Below are positions 38,556-48,259 of a stretch of DNA of 64,000 bases, in pieces. Every line of letters starts with the position of its first letter. Position 1 is the stretch's first letter. Where the stretch lies: positions 28,680 through 92,679 of the forward strand of contig JBEKXK010000001.1 in the NCBI GenBank assembly GCA_049512055.1, given 5' to 3'. The DNA is from Syntrophales bacterium. GTDB lineage: Bacteria; Desulfobacterota; Syntrophia; Syntrophales; UBA2185. The notes under the pieces were generated by a model. That model saw only the letters and a program-made list of their open reading frames with translations. It was not told the DNA's origin and made no database searches. Made by a program: the position numbers and the translations under genes.

Positions 38556-38855
38556 ATGTCATTGCTAATTGGCGGCGCAGTCTCGGTAATTGTGGGACTC
38601 TTAGGTCTCATATTCTGGTGGAGTGATTTTGTCATCATCCTGAAAGGCGGAATCCCCATCGTTATTGTACTTAGCGGTATTCTCGCCGTTTATATCGGTC
38701 TCGATGAGATTCAGGACAAGCTGAGAGAAGAAAGGCAAAAGCAGGAGGAAAGTCTGGCAAAGGCAAGGGAAGAAATCGAATTGGTGAGGGCCCAGGCCGA
38801 AAAGTATAAGGAAGAGCTTGACAGGATGAAAGAAGAATCAAAAAAGAAAGATTAA
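38556..38855 (+). CDS. small membrane protein with C-terminal charged coiled coil
   Basis: Two hydrophobic helices followed by 'DKLREERQKQEESLAKAREEIELVRAQAEKYKEELDRMKEESKKKD'. ATG 38556 has AGGAGG 7 nt upstream, so the track's 38529 start was rejected. Confidence 0.5.
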   Translation: MSLLIGGAVSVIVGLLGLIFWWSDFVIILKGGIPIVIVLSGILAVYIGLDEIQDKLREERQKQEESLAKAREEIELVRAQAEKYKEELDRMKEESKKKD

Positions 38856-38923
38856 GAAATAAAGCCCGGGATTCCGATAAAAACTATCTGCTGTTCGCTG
38901 TCAAACATTGAGGAGGAGGCACG

Positions 38924-39292
38924 GTGGGAAAAATAATTCTTGTTGTCGATGATGATCCTGACATACTTAAAATAGTGGAATTGCGGCTTACAGCATATAA
39001 TTATGAGGTACACACTGCGCATACCGGAGAGGAAGGGCTGAGCAAGTGCAAACAGATAAGACCTGACGCAGTCATACTGGATCTAATGATGCCGGACATG
39101 GATGGGTCAAGTGTTGCACATGAAATGAAAGACGACCCCAATACATGTAACATTCCCGTAATTTTTCTTACCGGCGCCGTTAAGGCAAGCGAGGTCCCGA
39201 AGAGCCACAAGATAGGCGGCCAATACTTTCTTGCCAAGCCTTTCAAGGCCGAAGAGCTGCTCAAAATGCTGCAACTTGTGCTTCCAGAATAG
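38924..39292 (+). CDS. single-domain response regulator (CheY-like receiver)
   Basis: 'ILVVDDDPD', phospho-acceptor context 'AVILDLMMPDMDG', 'IPVIFLT' and 'KPF'. GTG start with GAGGAGGAGG upstream. Confidence 0.85.
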   Translation: MGKIILVVDDDPDILKIVELRLTAYNYEVHTAHTGEEGLSKCKQIRPDAVILDLMMPDMDGSSVAHEMKDDPNTCNIPVIFLTGAVKASEVPKSHKIGGQYFLAKPFKAEELLKMLQLVLPE

Positions 39293-39832
39293 TCGATTTT
39301 GTCCATCAGATCGCACTGGCAGCCGACACAGCATTATAAACTGCTTTGACAGCACGGTCATGCCAGATGAGATAACGATAGCCTCCCGAGCGATAAGATG
39401 CGAAAGCATCAATAAGTTAGACATCTCAAATCATTGACAATTCACTTGCCGCGACCCGCCTATTCCACATATTTCAATACGCCACCGTGAAAAATCAGAA
39501 CGTAAATGAAATCGCCCGAACCCTTATCATAATACCATTTTTCAATTCCACCCCTTCTGGACGACGTCTTTTCTCTAAAAGAGGGCTTACCGCATTACGT
39601 TATCACCTCAACCTTTGTGTCCCCTACCGCGGCAAGCTCACTGCCGCATCGTAAACTCTCTGAGGATGAGGAGCATGCTTCCCCGCATATAAACAGCAAG
39701 ACAATTATTAATGATAATAGCTTCTTCATAAATTCCCCCGCCGAGCATGCAATACTTCCGTCGAGGTTGATATTTAATTGGATACTTCAATCTATGCAAT
39801 AAAACAAGCCAAATTCGCGTCATTATTTTCAT

Positions 39833-39861
39833 TTGACACCGTCTTTGGCCCATTTTATAAT
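39833..39861 (+). promoter_or_regulatory. consensus sigma70 promoter (TTGACA-17-TATAAT) ending 5 nt before an ATG
   Basis: TTGACA at 39833-39838, exactly 17 nt of spacer, TATAAT at 39856-39861, then ATTAA and ATGATG at 39867. Confidence 0.55.
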
Positions 39862-39866
39862 ATTAA

Positions 39867-40217
39867 ATGATGAGTGCCGAATTAACTATTACAAACCTCA
39901 GCAGACATTTCACTTACATCATTATTCTCGATGGACACGAGGGTGGAGAGGTATTTTCATTGCAATCCACTTCGTTGAAAATCGAACCCGGCAAACATGA
40001 ACTATCCTTTAAGGACACTGATACTGACAATCTCCCCACGAATTGCAAGCCCATACAGATAACAATGGCGGATGGCAGATCGCTCCACTTGAAGATTCTC
40101 ACCGAGGATTTTTCCATCAGGATCTATGATGAACAGGGTACGCATCTTAACGGGAAGCGCGGCTTTCTCTGCGGTCAGGTCGGTGAGGGCATTCATGTTG
40201 AAAACCCGATTACCTGA
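39867..40217 (+). CDS. hypothetical protein (116 aa), probably translated from a leaderless mRNA
   Basis: ORF with no Shine-Dalgarno sequence possible, because the promoter -10 abuts the ATG. No family recognised. Confidence 0.5.
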   Translation: MMSAELTITNLSRHFTYIIILDGHEGGEVFSLQSTSLKIEPGKHELSFKDTDTDNLPTNCKPIQITMADGRSLHLKILTEDFSIRIYDEQGTHLNGKRGFLCGQVGEGIHVENPIT

Positions 40218-40273
40218 CTAATCTTGCCATATACCATATCCGGGTAATAAATCTACGGCACAAACAAGACTCT

Positions 40274-42256
40274 ATGAACTCTGACGATTCGGGGCATAAA
40301 ATAAGATTTGCTGGGAAGTTGCGCCGCAGATTGATAGGGCCGCCCCGAGATATCCACGAGCCTTCAATATTTCACAGGATATCTCTCATCCCCGTCCTTG
40401 CATGGATCGGCCTGGGAGCCGACGGCCTTTCTTCTTCTTCGTACGGTCCGGAAGAGGCGTTCAAGGCGCTGGGTCCCCACACCTACCTTGCCGTATTCCT
40501 GGCCTTGGCTACGGCATTGACGGTTTTTATCATCTCTTACGCGTATTCACGTATCATCGAGCATTTCCCCCATGGCGGCGGCGGATACATCGTCTCCACC
40601 CATACGATCGGTAAGAACGCGGGGGTAATATCCGGATGCGCCCTCCTCGTCGATTACGTACTGACCATCACCGTGTCTCTTGCTTCCTGCGGCGATGCCT
40701 TGTTCAGCTATTTACCTGTCACATTTCTTAAGTACAAGTTGATCTTCGTGGTCTTCTTGATCCTCCTCCTTGTTGTCATGAACTTAAGAGGGGTGAAGGA
40801 ATCTGTAACAGCCCTCGCACCGATTTTTATAACATTTGTAGTAACCCACATTTTGTTAATCGGTTATGGCATTCTGAGTCACGCCAATCAGGTTGGACCG
40901 GTTGCACGGGCGTTCGAGGAGAATTTCAGATATGATATCTCCGCCATCGGTTATGTAAGCATGCTGGCCATCTTTCTCAGGGCCTTTTCTCTGGGGGGTG
41001 GTACCTATACGGGGATAGAAGCGGTTTCCAACGCCATGCAGATGATGCGTGAGCCGAAAGTTCAGACAGGCAAGCGCACGATGGTATACTTGGCCACATC
41101 TCTTGCAATTACGGCAGCAGGCCTTTTGTTCTGCTATTCACTTTACCGAATAGTGCCTGCTGAGGGCAGAACGTTGAATGCCGTACTTGCCGATCTCACC
41201 TTTGGTAATTGGCCGCTCGGCAGAACGATCGCGCTGATAACGATTCTCTCCGAAGGAGCCCTGCTTATGGTTGGCGCTCAGTCAGGATTCGCAGGGGGGC
41301 CAAGTGTTATGGCAAACATGGCCATCGATTCCTGGCTGCCTCGTCGCTTTGCATCGCTATCGGAGCGTCTCTCCATGCAGGACGGCGTTCTGCTGATGGG
41401 CGGTGCAGCCCTTCTGCTCTTACTATACACGGATGGTTCCGTTTCCGCACTCGTTGTAATGTACTCCATCAATGTGTTTCTTACCTTTACACTGTCACAG
41501 TTCGGAATGGCGACTTTTTTCTTCCGCAACAGGGACAGGGATAAGGCATGGAAAAGACATATTGCTGTGCATGTGGTGGGCTTGATCCTCTGTCTCACAA
41601 TCCTCATCATTACTGTAGTTATTAAATTTGAGGAGGGCGGCTGGCTGACCCTCGTAATCACCTCTGGAGTTATCGGGCTGTGCTATTTGATCAGGAGGCA
41701 TTACAGAAAAGTCCGCAGAGGGGTTCGCCAACTCGAGGAGATTCTGTCTGAACTCCCCAAAGGCAGTCAACCCAACAATGAACCGCTGGATCAAAAGGAG
41801 GCCACAGCAATACTCCTCGTAAGGGGCTACAGCGGATTCGGTCTTCATGTATGGCTTTCCGTTGTCCGTGAATTTCCCAAACTTTACAAGAATTTTATTT
41901 TTGTCTCTGTAGGTGAAATCGATTCCGGCTCATTCAAGGGCATAGCGGAAATAGACGCCTTAAACAAATCCGTGGAAAGTGATCTGACAAAATACGTCCG
42001 CCTTGTCCGTTCCTACGGATTTGCCGCTGACTACAGAATGGGGATAGGAACCGACGTAGCTGATACTGCAACGGGGCTGTGCGAAACTCTAGTGAAAGAA
42101 TTTCCGAGAGCAACGGTCTTCACCGGGAAACTGATCTTTCGTGAAGAAAACCCCTTCCAGAAAGTGCTCCACAATGAAACCGCTTTTGCAATTCAGCGAC
42201 GGTTGCAGTGGAAGGGCATCACGACCGTCATATTGCCAATCCGTGTCGATATGTAG
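40274..42256 (+). CDS. APC-superfamily amino acid/polyamine permease with ~200-aa cytoplasmic C-terminal domain
   Basis: About 12 hydrophobic segments with 'GADGLSSSSYGPEE' near TM1, then a soluble tail. Confidence 0.8.
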   Translation: MNSDDSGHKIRFAGKLRRRLIGPPRDIHEPSIFHRISLIPVLAWIGLGADGLSSSSYGPEEAFKALGPHTYLAVFLALATALTVFIISYAYSRIIEHFPHGGGGYIVSTHTIGKNAGVISGCALLVDYVLTITVSLASCGDALFSYLPVTFLKYKLIFVVFLILLLVVMNLRGVKESVTALAPIFITFVVTHILLIGYGILSHANQVGPVARAFEENFRYDISAIGYVSMLAIFLRAFSLGGGTYTGIEAVSNAMQMMREPKVQTGKRTMVYLATSLAITAAGLLFCYSLYRIVPAEGRTLNAVLADLTFGNWPLGRTIALITILSEGALLMVGAQSGFAGGPSVMANMAIDSWLPRRFASLSERLSMQDGVLLMGGAALLLLLYTDGSVSALVVMYSINVFLTFTLSQFGMATFFFRNRDRDKAWKRHIAVHVVGLILCLTILIITVVIKFEEGGWLTLVITSGVIGLCYLIRRHYRKVRRGVRQLEEILSELPKGSQPNNEPLDQKEATAILLVRGYSGFGLHVWLSVVREFPKLYKNFIFVSVGEIDSGSFKGIAEIDALNKSVESDLTKYVRLVRSYGFAADYRMGIGTDVADTATGLCETLVKEFPRATVFTGKLIFREENPFQKVLHNETAFAIQRRLQWKGITTVILPIRVDM

Positions 42257-42434
42257 AAGTTTAGAAATCCAATGGACAGATAGGTGCAAAATAGCCGCTG
42301 ACAATTCCGACAACCTCAAATAATAATCCAGAAAATTGAGATGAGAAATATTAAATGAGTTCAAACTTGCCTTGAAATCGATGCTATCGATATGATAGCT
42401 TGCCGCCCAGATATCATCGAGATGTCAAAGGATA

Positions 42435-42899
42435 ATGATGTTTCGTTTACAAAAAGTCTTTTTATTTGCACTAAGTTTTTCCACTCTGTGCATCATGCTT
42501 GTCTCCGGATGCGCCACCATTCCCCGTGAATATGGCAAGGCAGAAACGCGGAATATGCTGGTTACCGCCTATGACGCCGGCAAGAAATCGACGGGCTGGA
42601 AAAACAAATACGGATGCTTCCTGATGCCGCCGGTCTATGCATATGGACCGCACGAGGGAGAGAGGAAGAAAGTGGGCATCACCTCTGACGGAACCAAGGC
42701 AAAAAAGGGGACAATCGCAGCGGACATCAGCAGGTATCCTTACGGCACGAAGATGTATGTCCCCGGTTACGGTTGGGGAGAGGTGCACGATACAGGCACT
42801 GCCATCAAAGGAGACCACATCGACATTTTCTTTCCCGATGAAAAAGATGCCAAGGCATGGGGCAGAAAGTATCTCGACGTTACCATCAACAAACCATAA
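42435..42899 (+). CDS. 3D-domain (MltA-like double-psi beta-barrel) lipoprotein
   Basis: Lipobox 'LVSGC'. 'VTAYDAG...GTIAAD...YPYGTKMYVPGYGWGEVHDTGTAIKGDHIDIFF' matches the 3D-domain Asp pattern. Confidence 0.7.
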   Translation: MMFRLQKVFLFALSFSTLCIMLVSGCATIPREYGKAETRNMLVTAYDAGKKSTGWKNKYGCFLMPPVYAYGPHEGERKKVGITSDGTKAKKGTIAADISRYPYGTKMYVPGYGWGEVHDTGTAIKGDHIDIFFPDEKDAKAWGRKYLDVTINKP

Positions 42900-42919
42900 A
42901 TTTCTAATGAGGAGCTTCC

Positions 42920-45016
42920 ATGAATTTCTTTTTTGACCCGGACGGAGTCGCTATTGTCGGTGCAACGCCTAACCCTCTCAAAGGTGGGTATGCTATATTC
43001 AAGAATCTCCTCATCAGCTATAAAGGAAATATTTATCCTGTCAATCCCAGCTACAAGGAAATTGAGGGTATTCACTGCTATCCGTCCGTAAGCGTCGTCC
43101 CCGGTCATGTTGACCTTGCCATCGTCTTTGTTCCGGCAAAACTCGTACCGGCAGTCATAGAGGATTGTGCAGCCAAAGGTGTGCGGGGTGTCATGATAGA
43201 ATCCGGCGGCTTTGCTGAAGCCGGTCGGGATGGAAGTTTTCTGCAGCAATCTCTGAAAGATATATGCAAACGAACGGGGATTCGCCTATGGGGGCCCAAT
43301 TGCATGGGGCTCGTTGATGCCGTGGGGGGCTTTCTTTTTTCTTTTATGGATCCACGTTCATTGCAGCAAGGACTACTTATCTCCGGAAACGTATCACTTG
43401 TGGTACAAAGCGGATTGCTATCCGCCGGCTTTCTCGTTGATGTAATGAGTCACCGCGTGATGGGCATCAGTAAAGTATGCTCCATAGGCAATAAGATAGA
43501 TGTCAACGAGTGCGATCTGCTGTCTTACCTGATTCAAGATGCTAACACTGAAGTTATCGGCCATTACCTGGAGTCTTTTTCCGATGGCAGGCGCTTTACG
43601 GACCTGTGCCGGAAAAGTACAAAACCCATTGTTGTCCTCCATGGGGGGAAGAGCAGAAAAGGGGCTGAAGCGGCAATGAGCCATACGGCATCCATGGCCG
43701 GAAATCACAAGATCATCTCAGGAGCCCTGGCCCAGGCCGGGGTGACTGAAGCCGGAGATTTTCATCAGATGATGGACCTCTGCCGTTCACTCGCTGCAAG
43801 GCCCCGACCGGCCAGCCGACATGGTCGCATTGCTATTCTCACATTCAGCGGCGGCTCCGGCATTGTCGCCTCTGACTTTATTGAAGAGCATGGCCTGACC
43901 GTCGCAGAACTTTCCCGGGAAACCAAGGGCGCCTTGGGACGTCTTTTCCCTGACTGGATGCCTGTGGGGAATCCCGTCGATCTGTGGCCGGCCATAGAAA
44001 AGCATGGCGGCACGAACGTCGATGTATACAGCGCAGCTCTTTCCGCGGTGCTTAGCGATCCCGCAGTCGATGCTGTTTTCCTCCACGCCTTTGCGGGGAA
44101 TTTCCAGCTGGGAATCAATGTCACAGATATTGCCGAACAGGCGCGTGCTGCTGGCAAGCCTGTATTTGTATGGCTCCTGGGGAGACAAGAAGAGGCCCTT
44201 CGTTTTAAGGCAGAGGCCGTCTCCTCTGGTATTCCTGTATTCCAAGAAATATCCCGCGCAATGGAATGCCTGGCGGTTGTTTTCCATCAGCAGAAATCAT
44301 CTGAAATTATTGAACGACTACCGGAGAAAGCAAAGACTATACACATCCCCGATAAGCTCTGTAATGTCCTGGAAAATGCAGTGGGACCATTGGACGAGTA
44401 TGTCTCCAAGGCTATTCTCAGGCTTCACGGTATTCCGGCTGTAGAAGAGGAAATAATATCGGATGAAGCGGCGTGCAAAAAAGCCGCAAAGCGGCTCGGG
44501 TTCCCGCTTGTCATGAAGGGCCTGCAAAAGGGAAAGGTACATAAGACCGAACTCGGCCTGGTGCATTTAAACGTAACAACGCCGGAAGCTGCCCTTCAGG
44601 TTTTCAATTCCCTGCAGAAGAAGATGGACTCGTCTGGTCAGGTCCTTGCCTATAAACAGGTTAAAGGGAAAATCGAGATCATCGTCGGACTTGTCAGGGA
44701 CTTTCACTTCGGCCCCTGTGTCATGCTGGGGCTGGGAGGTATCATGGCGGAGATACTGAGTGATGCAGTTTTTGCCCCGGCTCCCCTGACCGTAGAGGAC
44801 GCTCTGGCGCTAATCGGTCGTTTGAGGGGACAGAAGATATTTCATGGCTTCAGGGGAGAGCCGCCTGTTAACAGGGAAGAACTCGCAGGGATACTTGTTG
44901 CCCTGGGCGACATCGGTCTTCAGTATCCGCGGATTCAGGAAATTGATGTAAACCCCCTCATATTGGGCGAAAAAGGCGCTATGGTGGCTGTTGACGCCAC
45001 AATTGTCTTGAGATAA
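42920..45016 (+). CDS. ADP-forming acyl-/acetyl-CoA synthetase (fused alpha/beta; CoA-binding + ATP-grasp)
   Basis: 'VAIVGATPNP.KGGY', 'GVRGVMIESGGFAE', 'GPNCMG', the phospho-His loop region 'MSHTASMAG' and a C-terminal ATP-grasp ('GFPLVMKG...HKTELGLV'). Confidence 0.85.
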   Translation: MNFFFDPDGVAIVGATPNPLKGGYAIFKNLLISYKGNIYPVNPSYKEIEGIHCYPSVSVVPGHVDLAIVFVPAKLVPAVIEDCAAKGVRGVMIESGGFAEAGRDGSFLQQSLKDICKRTGIRLWGPNCMGLVDAVGGFLFSFMDPRSLQQGLLISGNVSLVVQSGLLSAGFLVDVMSHRVMGISKVCSIGNKIDVNECDLLSYLIQDANTEVIGHYLESFSDGRRFTDLCRKSTKPIVVLHGGKSRKGAEAAMSHTASMAGNHKIISGALAQAGVTEAGDFHQMMDLCRSLAARPRPASRHGRIAILTFSGGSGIVASDFIEEHGLTVAELSRETKGALGRLFPDWMPVGNPVDLWPAIEKHGGTNVDVYSAALSAVLSDPAVDAVFLHAFAGNFQLGINVTDIAEQARAAGKPVFVWLLGRQEEALRFKAEAVSSGIPVFQEISRAMECLAVVFHQQKSSEIIERLPEKAKTIHIPDKLCNVLENAVGPLDEYVSKAILRLHGIPAVEEEIISDEAACKKAAKRLGFPLVMKGLQKGKVHKTELGLVHLNVTTPEAALQVFNSLQKKMDSSGQVLAYKQVKGKIEIIVGLVRDFHFGPCVMLGLGGIMAEILSDAVFAPAPLTVEDALALIGRLRGQKIFHGFRGEPPVNREELAGILVALGDIGLQYPRIQEIDVNPLILGEKGAMVAVDATIVLR

Positions 45017-45162
45017 CGCCCCGCCCCCGACAAATTTAAATGTGTCACAGGACTTGAGGGCAGATCATCGGGGAATACAATCTGCGAATGCATAGACAGG
45101 CTCATAGCAATATATGGGACGACAGAATAATAATCGCCGAACTTACTCCGTTACAGTTTTCT

Positions 45163-45774
45163 TCATAAAACAGATCTTAAGACTATCTCCTCGATGTAAT
45201 CTATAATCTCCTCGTCAGTATATTTTCTCCTTAGACTCCACCCCCGCAAGGCCTCAAAGGCAATTTGATAGGCAATCATATTTGCCACAAAGAATGGGTC
45301 TTTTATATTGAATACCTTCTTTTCGACACCCCTTTTCAGAATCATCTCAAAACATTCGACAAACCCTGTTTCCTTGTGTAAAATTTCCTTAAGGATTCTT
45401 TTGGGCAAGTGCATGCTCTCGCGATACATCAGGAGGGCCATATCCCGATATTCGTGTACGAGTTCCAACATCTTGCGGAGCGCGGTGCGCAGCTGCTCAA
45501 GCGGATCTTCAATGGTAAAAACACCATGCTTATCTAAATTCTTCGTCCATGTGCTGTAGAATGCGTCAAAAACGAGATAAAGAACGTCTTCTTTTTTGGT
45601 TATATAGTCATATAGGTTGCCGATAGTGATCCCAGTGGCTTTAGATATCTCCCTCATGCTTGTATTTGCATACCCTTTTTTGATGAAAAGCTTGCTTGCT
45701 ATTTTTGCTATTTGTAAGTGCTTCTGCCGGATGAGTTCCGGATCTTTAATTTGAGTCTTGATTGCTTTTTTCAT
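45163..45774 (-). CDS. TetR/AcrR family transcriptional regulator
   Basis: N-terminal HTH 'IASKLFIKKGYANTSMREISKATGITIGNLYDYITKKEDV'. Confidence 0.85.
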   Translation of the reverse strand: MKKAIKTQIKDPELIRQKHLQIAKIASKLFIKKGYANTSMREISKATGITIGNLYDYITKKEDVLYLVFDAFYSTWTKNLDKHGVFTIEDPLEQLRTALRKMLELVHEYRDMALLMYRESMHLPKRILKEILHKETGFVECFEMILKRGVEKKVFNIKDPFFVANMIAYQIAFEALRGWSLRRKYTDEEIIDYIEEIVLRSVL

Positions 45775-45947
45775 TTTTCACCAGCCCGTTAATATCTCTT
45801 TGTTAATAACATTTTCGGGGGTACTAACCAGTCAAGGTTATCTGTCTCTAATTTCGGCAGAGATATATCAAGATAAATGAAGAAGTCAAGCACCTAAAAC
45901 AGTTTTCTTCCAGAGAAGACATGGGAACTTTCAATTAAAAAAAGGGG

Positions 45948-45976
45948 TTGACATTAATTTTGGCTTGATTTAATTG
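45948..45976 (+). promoter_or_regulatory. putative sigma70-type promoter (TTGACA-17-TAATTG)
   Basis: TTGACA at 45948-45953, 17-nt spacer, TAATTG at 45971-45976, immediately followed by the palindrome listed next. Confidence 0.4.
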
Positions 45977-45980
45977 TTCA

Positions 45981-46004
45981 GTGATAACGAACGCTCGTTA
46001 TCAC
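45981..46004. promoter_or_regulatory. 24-bp palindromic operator candidate (GTGATAACGAAC/GCTCGTTATCAC)
   Basis: 11 of 12 positions are self-complementary. It sits in the TetR / acyl-CoA operon divergent region, right at the predicted transcription start. Confidence 0.5.
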
Positions 46005-46279
46005 ATGGTTGCCTGATGCTCAACAAATGAGTCAAGAAATACGCCCCAGCAACGCATGGAAATAATGACAAAAAACAGGTTCTGACGTGTTTGCAGAATA
46101 TAGCATAATTGCACCAAGGGGTGCACATTGACATACAAAAGAAAAGTGCTGTTAATTATATGCTGCATAGTATTTATTGCGAGAGACCATATTACCTTTA
46201 TCTCCGGTGAGAGTCGCGAACATATGTCTCGATATTATCGGAGGCATTTAGCCAACTACAAATTCAAGGGGGATAATAT

Positions 46280-48142
46280 ATGGGGAATAGTCTGGTGAAC
46301 ACAAGAGATCAGAAGTTCGTTCTCTATGAGCAGAACGGGATTGAAAGACTGTTTGAATCTGACAGGTACAAAGAATTCTCCCGCGAGGTAGTGGACATGA
46401 TACTCAGCGAGGCTGAGAAGTTTGCGGTGGAAGAGATCCTTCCGACCTACGAGATCGGTGACAAGCGGGATACTGCTGTTTTTAAAGATGGCAAGACATA
46501 CGCTCCCAGATGTTATCATGAGCCCTACAGAAAATACTGCCAGTCCGGCTGGATCTGCTCTGTTGCCTCTCCCGTGATGGGTGGACAAGGGTTGCCGATT
46601 TCGATTGGCATCGCCTGCTCTGAACTTTTCGGCGCCGCCAATTTCGCCTTTTTGCTGTATCCTGCCCTTACTCTGGGGGCTGCCGTAATGATCGAGACAT
46701 ACGGGAATGAAGAGCAAATCAAGAAGTATGCTATCAAGATGTTCTCTGGCGAATGGTCCGGCACCATGTGCCTGACTGAGCCCGGTGCGGGCACCGATGT
46801 AGGAAATCTAAGGACGAGTGCCAGAAGAATGCCGGACGGCACTTTCAGCATCACCGGCACAAAGTGCTTTATAACATCGGGAGACCACGATCTTACCGAA
46901 CAAATTGTCCATCCCGTGCTCGCCAGAATCGACGGCGACCCCCCTGGCACAAAAGGGATCTCCATCTTTATCGTGCCCAAATATAGGGTAAATAACGACG
47001 GGGGTCTCGGAGAGTTTAATGACGTGACTACTGGTAACATTGAACACAAGATGGGAATTAAGGGTTCTGCCACCGCAACACTGATTTTCGGTGAAAATGG
47101 GAATTGTATCGGTGAGCTTTTGGGGCATGAACGTGAAGGTATCAATGTCATGTTCCAGTTGATGAATAAAGCCAGACTAAGCACAGGTATGCAGGGGTTG
47201 GATTTAGCAAGCGTCAGCTATGAACATGCACTGCAATATGCTAAAGAGAGGATTCAATCCAGAAGAATTGAGGATTGGAATAATCCGGCGGCCCCGCCTG
47301 TTGCCATTATCAACCATCCCGATGTCAGGCGCTCCCTGCTCTGGATGAAAGCACATGTAGAGGGCATGCGGGCGATGAACTATTTTATCGCATACTGCAT
47401 CGATATGGAGCGCATTGCCGCAAGCGAAGAGGAGCGGGAGAAAATGAGAGGATTTGTTGAATTCCTGACCCCGATTAGCAAGGCTTACTGTTCTGACAAA
47501 GCTGTTGAAATATGTACGCTTGGCATAGATATATTTGGCGGCTACGGCTATTGCAGTGAATATCCAATGGAGCAGTATCTGAGGGATTCCAAGATTGCCA
47601 CCATCTACGAAGGCACCAACTATATCCAATCTCTCGACCTTGTGGGCAGAAAGCTGGGACAGAATAAGGGTCGTAATTTAATCAATCTCTTCAGGGAAAT
47701 TGCCGGCACTATCAAAAAAAATAAATCACGTGATGAGATGAGGCCCAATGCCGTCCATCTGGAAGACGCCCTTACAGCCGTGAGCAATCTCACGAAGTCA
47801 TTCGCCGAGTGGGGAAGGAGTTTAGACTACATCGTCCCCATATTGAATGCGAGACCCTTCCTGATGATAATGGGTGATCTTATAATTGGTTGGAAACTGT
47901 TACAGGCCGCGGATATTGCGCAGGAAAGGTTGGCTTCCCTGTATAAGGAAGCAGGGGATGATAATACCAATGCCCATAGCCTGGCCCAACATAACCCAGA
48001 TGTCGCATTCTACCAAGGGAAGGTTGCTTCGGCAAATTATTTTGCCGCTAATGTTCTTCCTACAGTAGAGGCAAGATGTAAATGCATTATACTGGCAGAT
48101 AAGACGCCAATCGAAATGGCACAGGAATCATTTTCCGTCTGA
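46280..48142 (+). CDS. long (FadE-type, ~600 aa) acyl-CoA dehydrogenase
   Basis: 'GEWSGTMCLTEPGAGTDVG', 'YEGTNYIQSLDLVGRKL' and an extra C-terminal helical domain. Confidence 0.85.
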   Translation: MGNSLVNTRDQKFVLYEQNGIERLFESDRYKEFSREVVDMILSEAEKFAVEEILPTYEIGDKRDTAVFKDGKTYAPRCYHEPYRKYCQSGWICSVASPVMGGQGLPISIGIACSELFGAANFAFLLYPALTLGAAVMIETYGNEEQIKKYAIKMFSGEWSGTMCLTEPGAGTDVGNLRTSARRMPDGTFSITGTKCFITSGDHDLTEQIVHPVLARIDGDPPGTKGISIFIVPKYRVNNDGGLGEFNDVTTGNIEHKMGIKGSATATLIFGENGNCIGELLGHEREGINVMFQLMNKARLSTGMQGLDLASVSYEHALQYAKERIQSRRIEDWNNPAAPPVAIINHPDVRRSLLWMKAHVEGMRAMNYFIAYCIDMERIAASEEEREKMRGFVEFLTPISKAYCSDKAVEICTLGIDIFGGYGYCSEYPMEQYLRDSKIATIYEGTNYIQSLDLVGRKLGQNKGRNLINLFREIAGTIKKNKSRDEMRPNAVHLEDALTAVSNLTKSFAEWGRSLDYIVPILNARPFLMIMGDLIIGWKLLQAADIAQERLASLYKEAGDDNTNAHSLAQHNPDVAFYQGKVASANYFAANVLPTVEARCKCIILADKTPIEMAQESFSV

Positions 48143-48259
48143 TCTCAATAGCGTGAGAAACAGTGCTTCATCACAAAACGCAAGTCTATCGGAAATGGTA
48201 CAATCATCTTTAACCCGGAAGAAATTTCATCAAACATCAAGATTCAAAGGAGGAATGTT

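Noticed and set aside
39617-39853. 61-aa (+) and 71-aa (-) ORFs in the 39.3-39.8 kb spacer
   Set aside because: They overlap each other. Neither has an RBS or a recognisable family. The minus-strand ORF overlaps the consensus promoter of the next gene. It is mentioned only as a possible relic in the findings.
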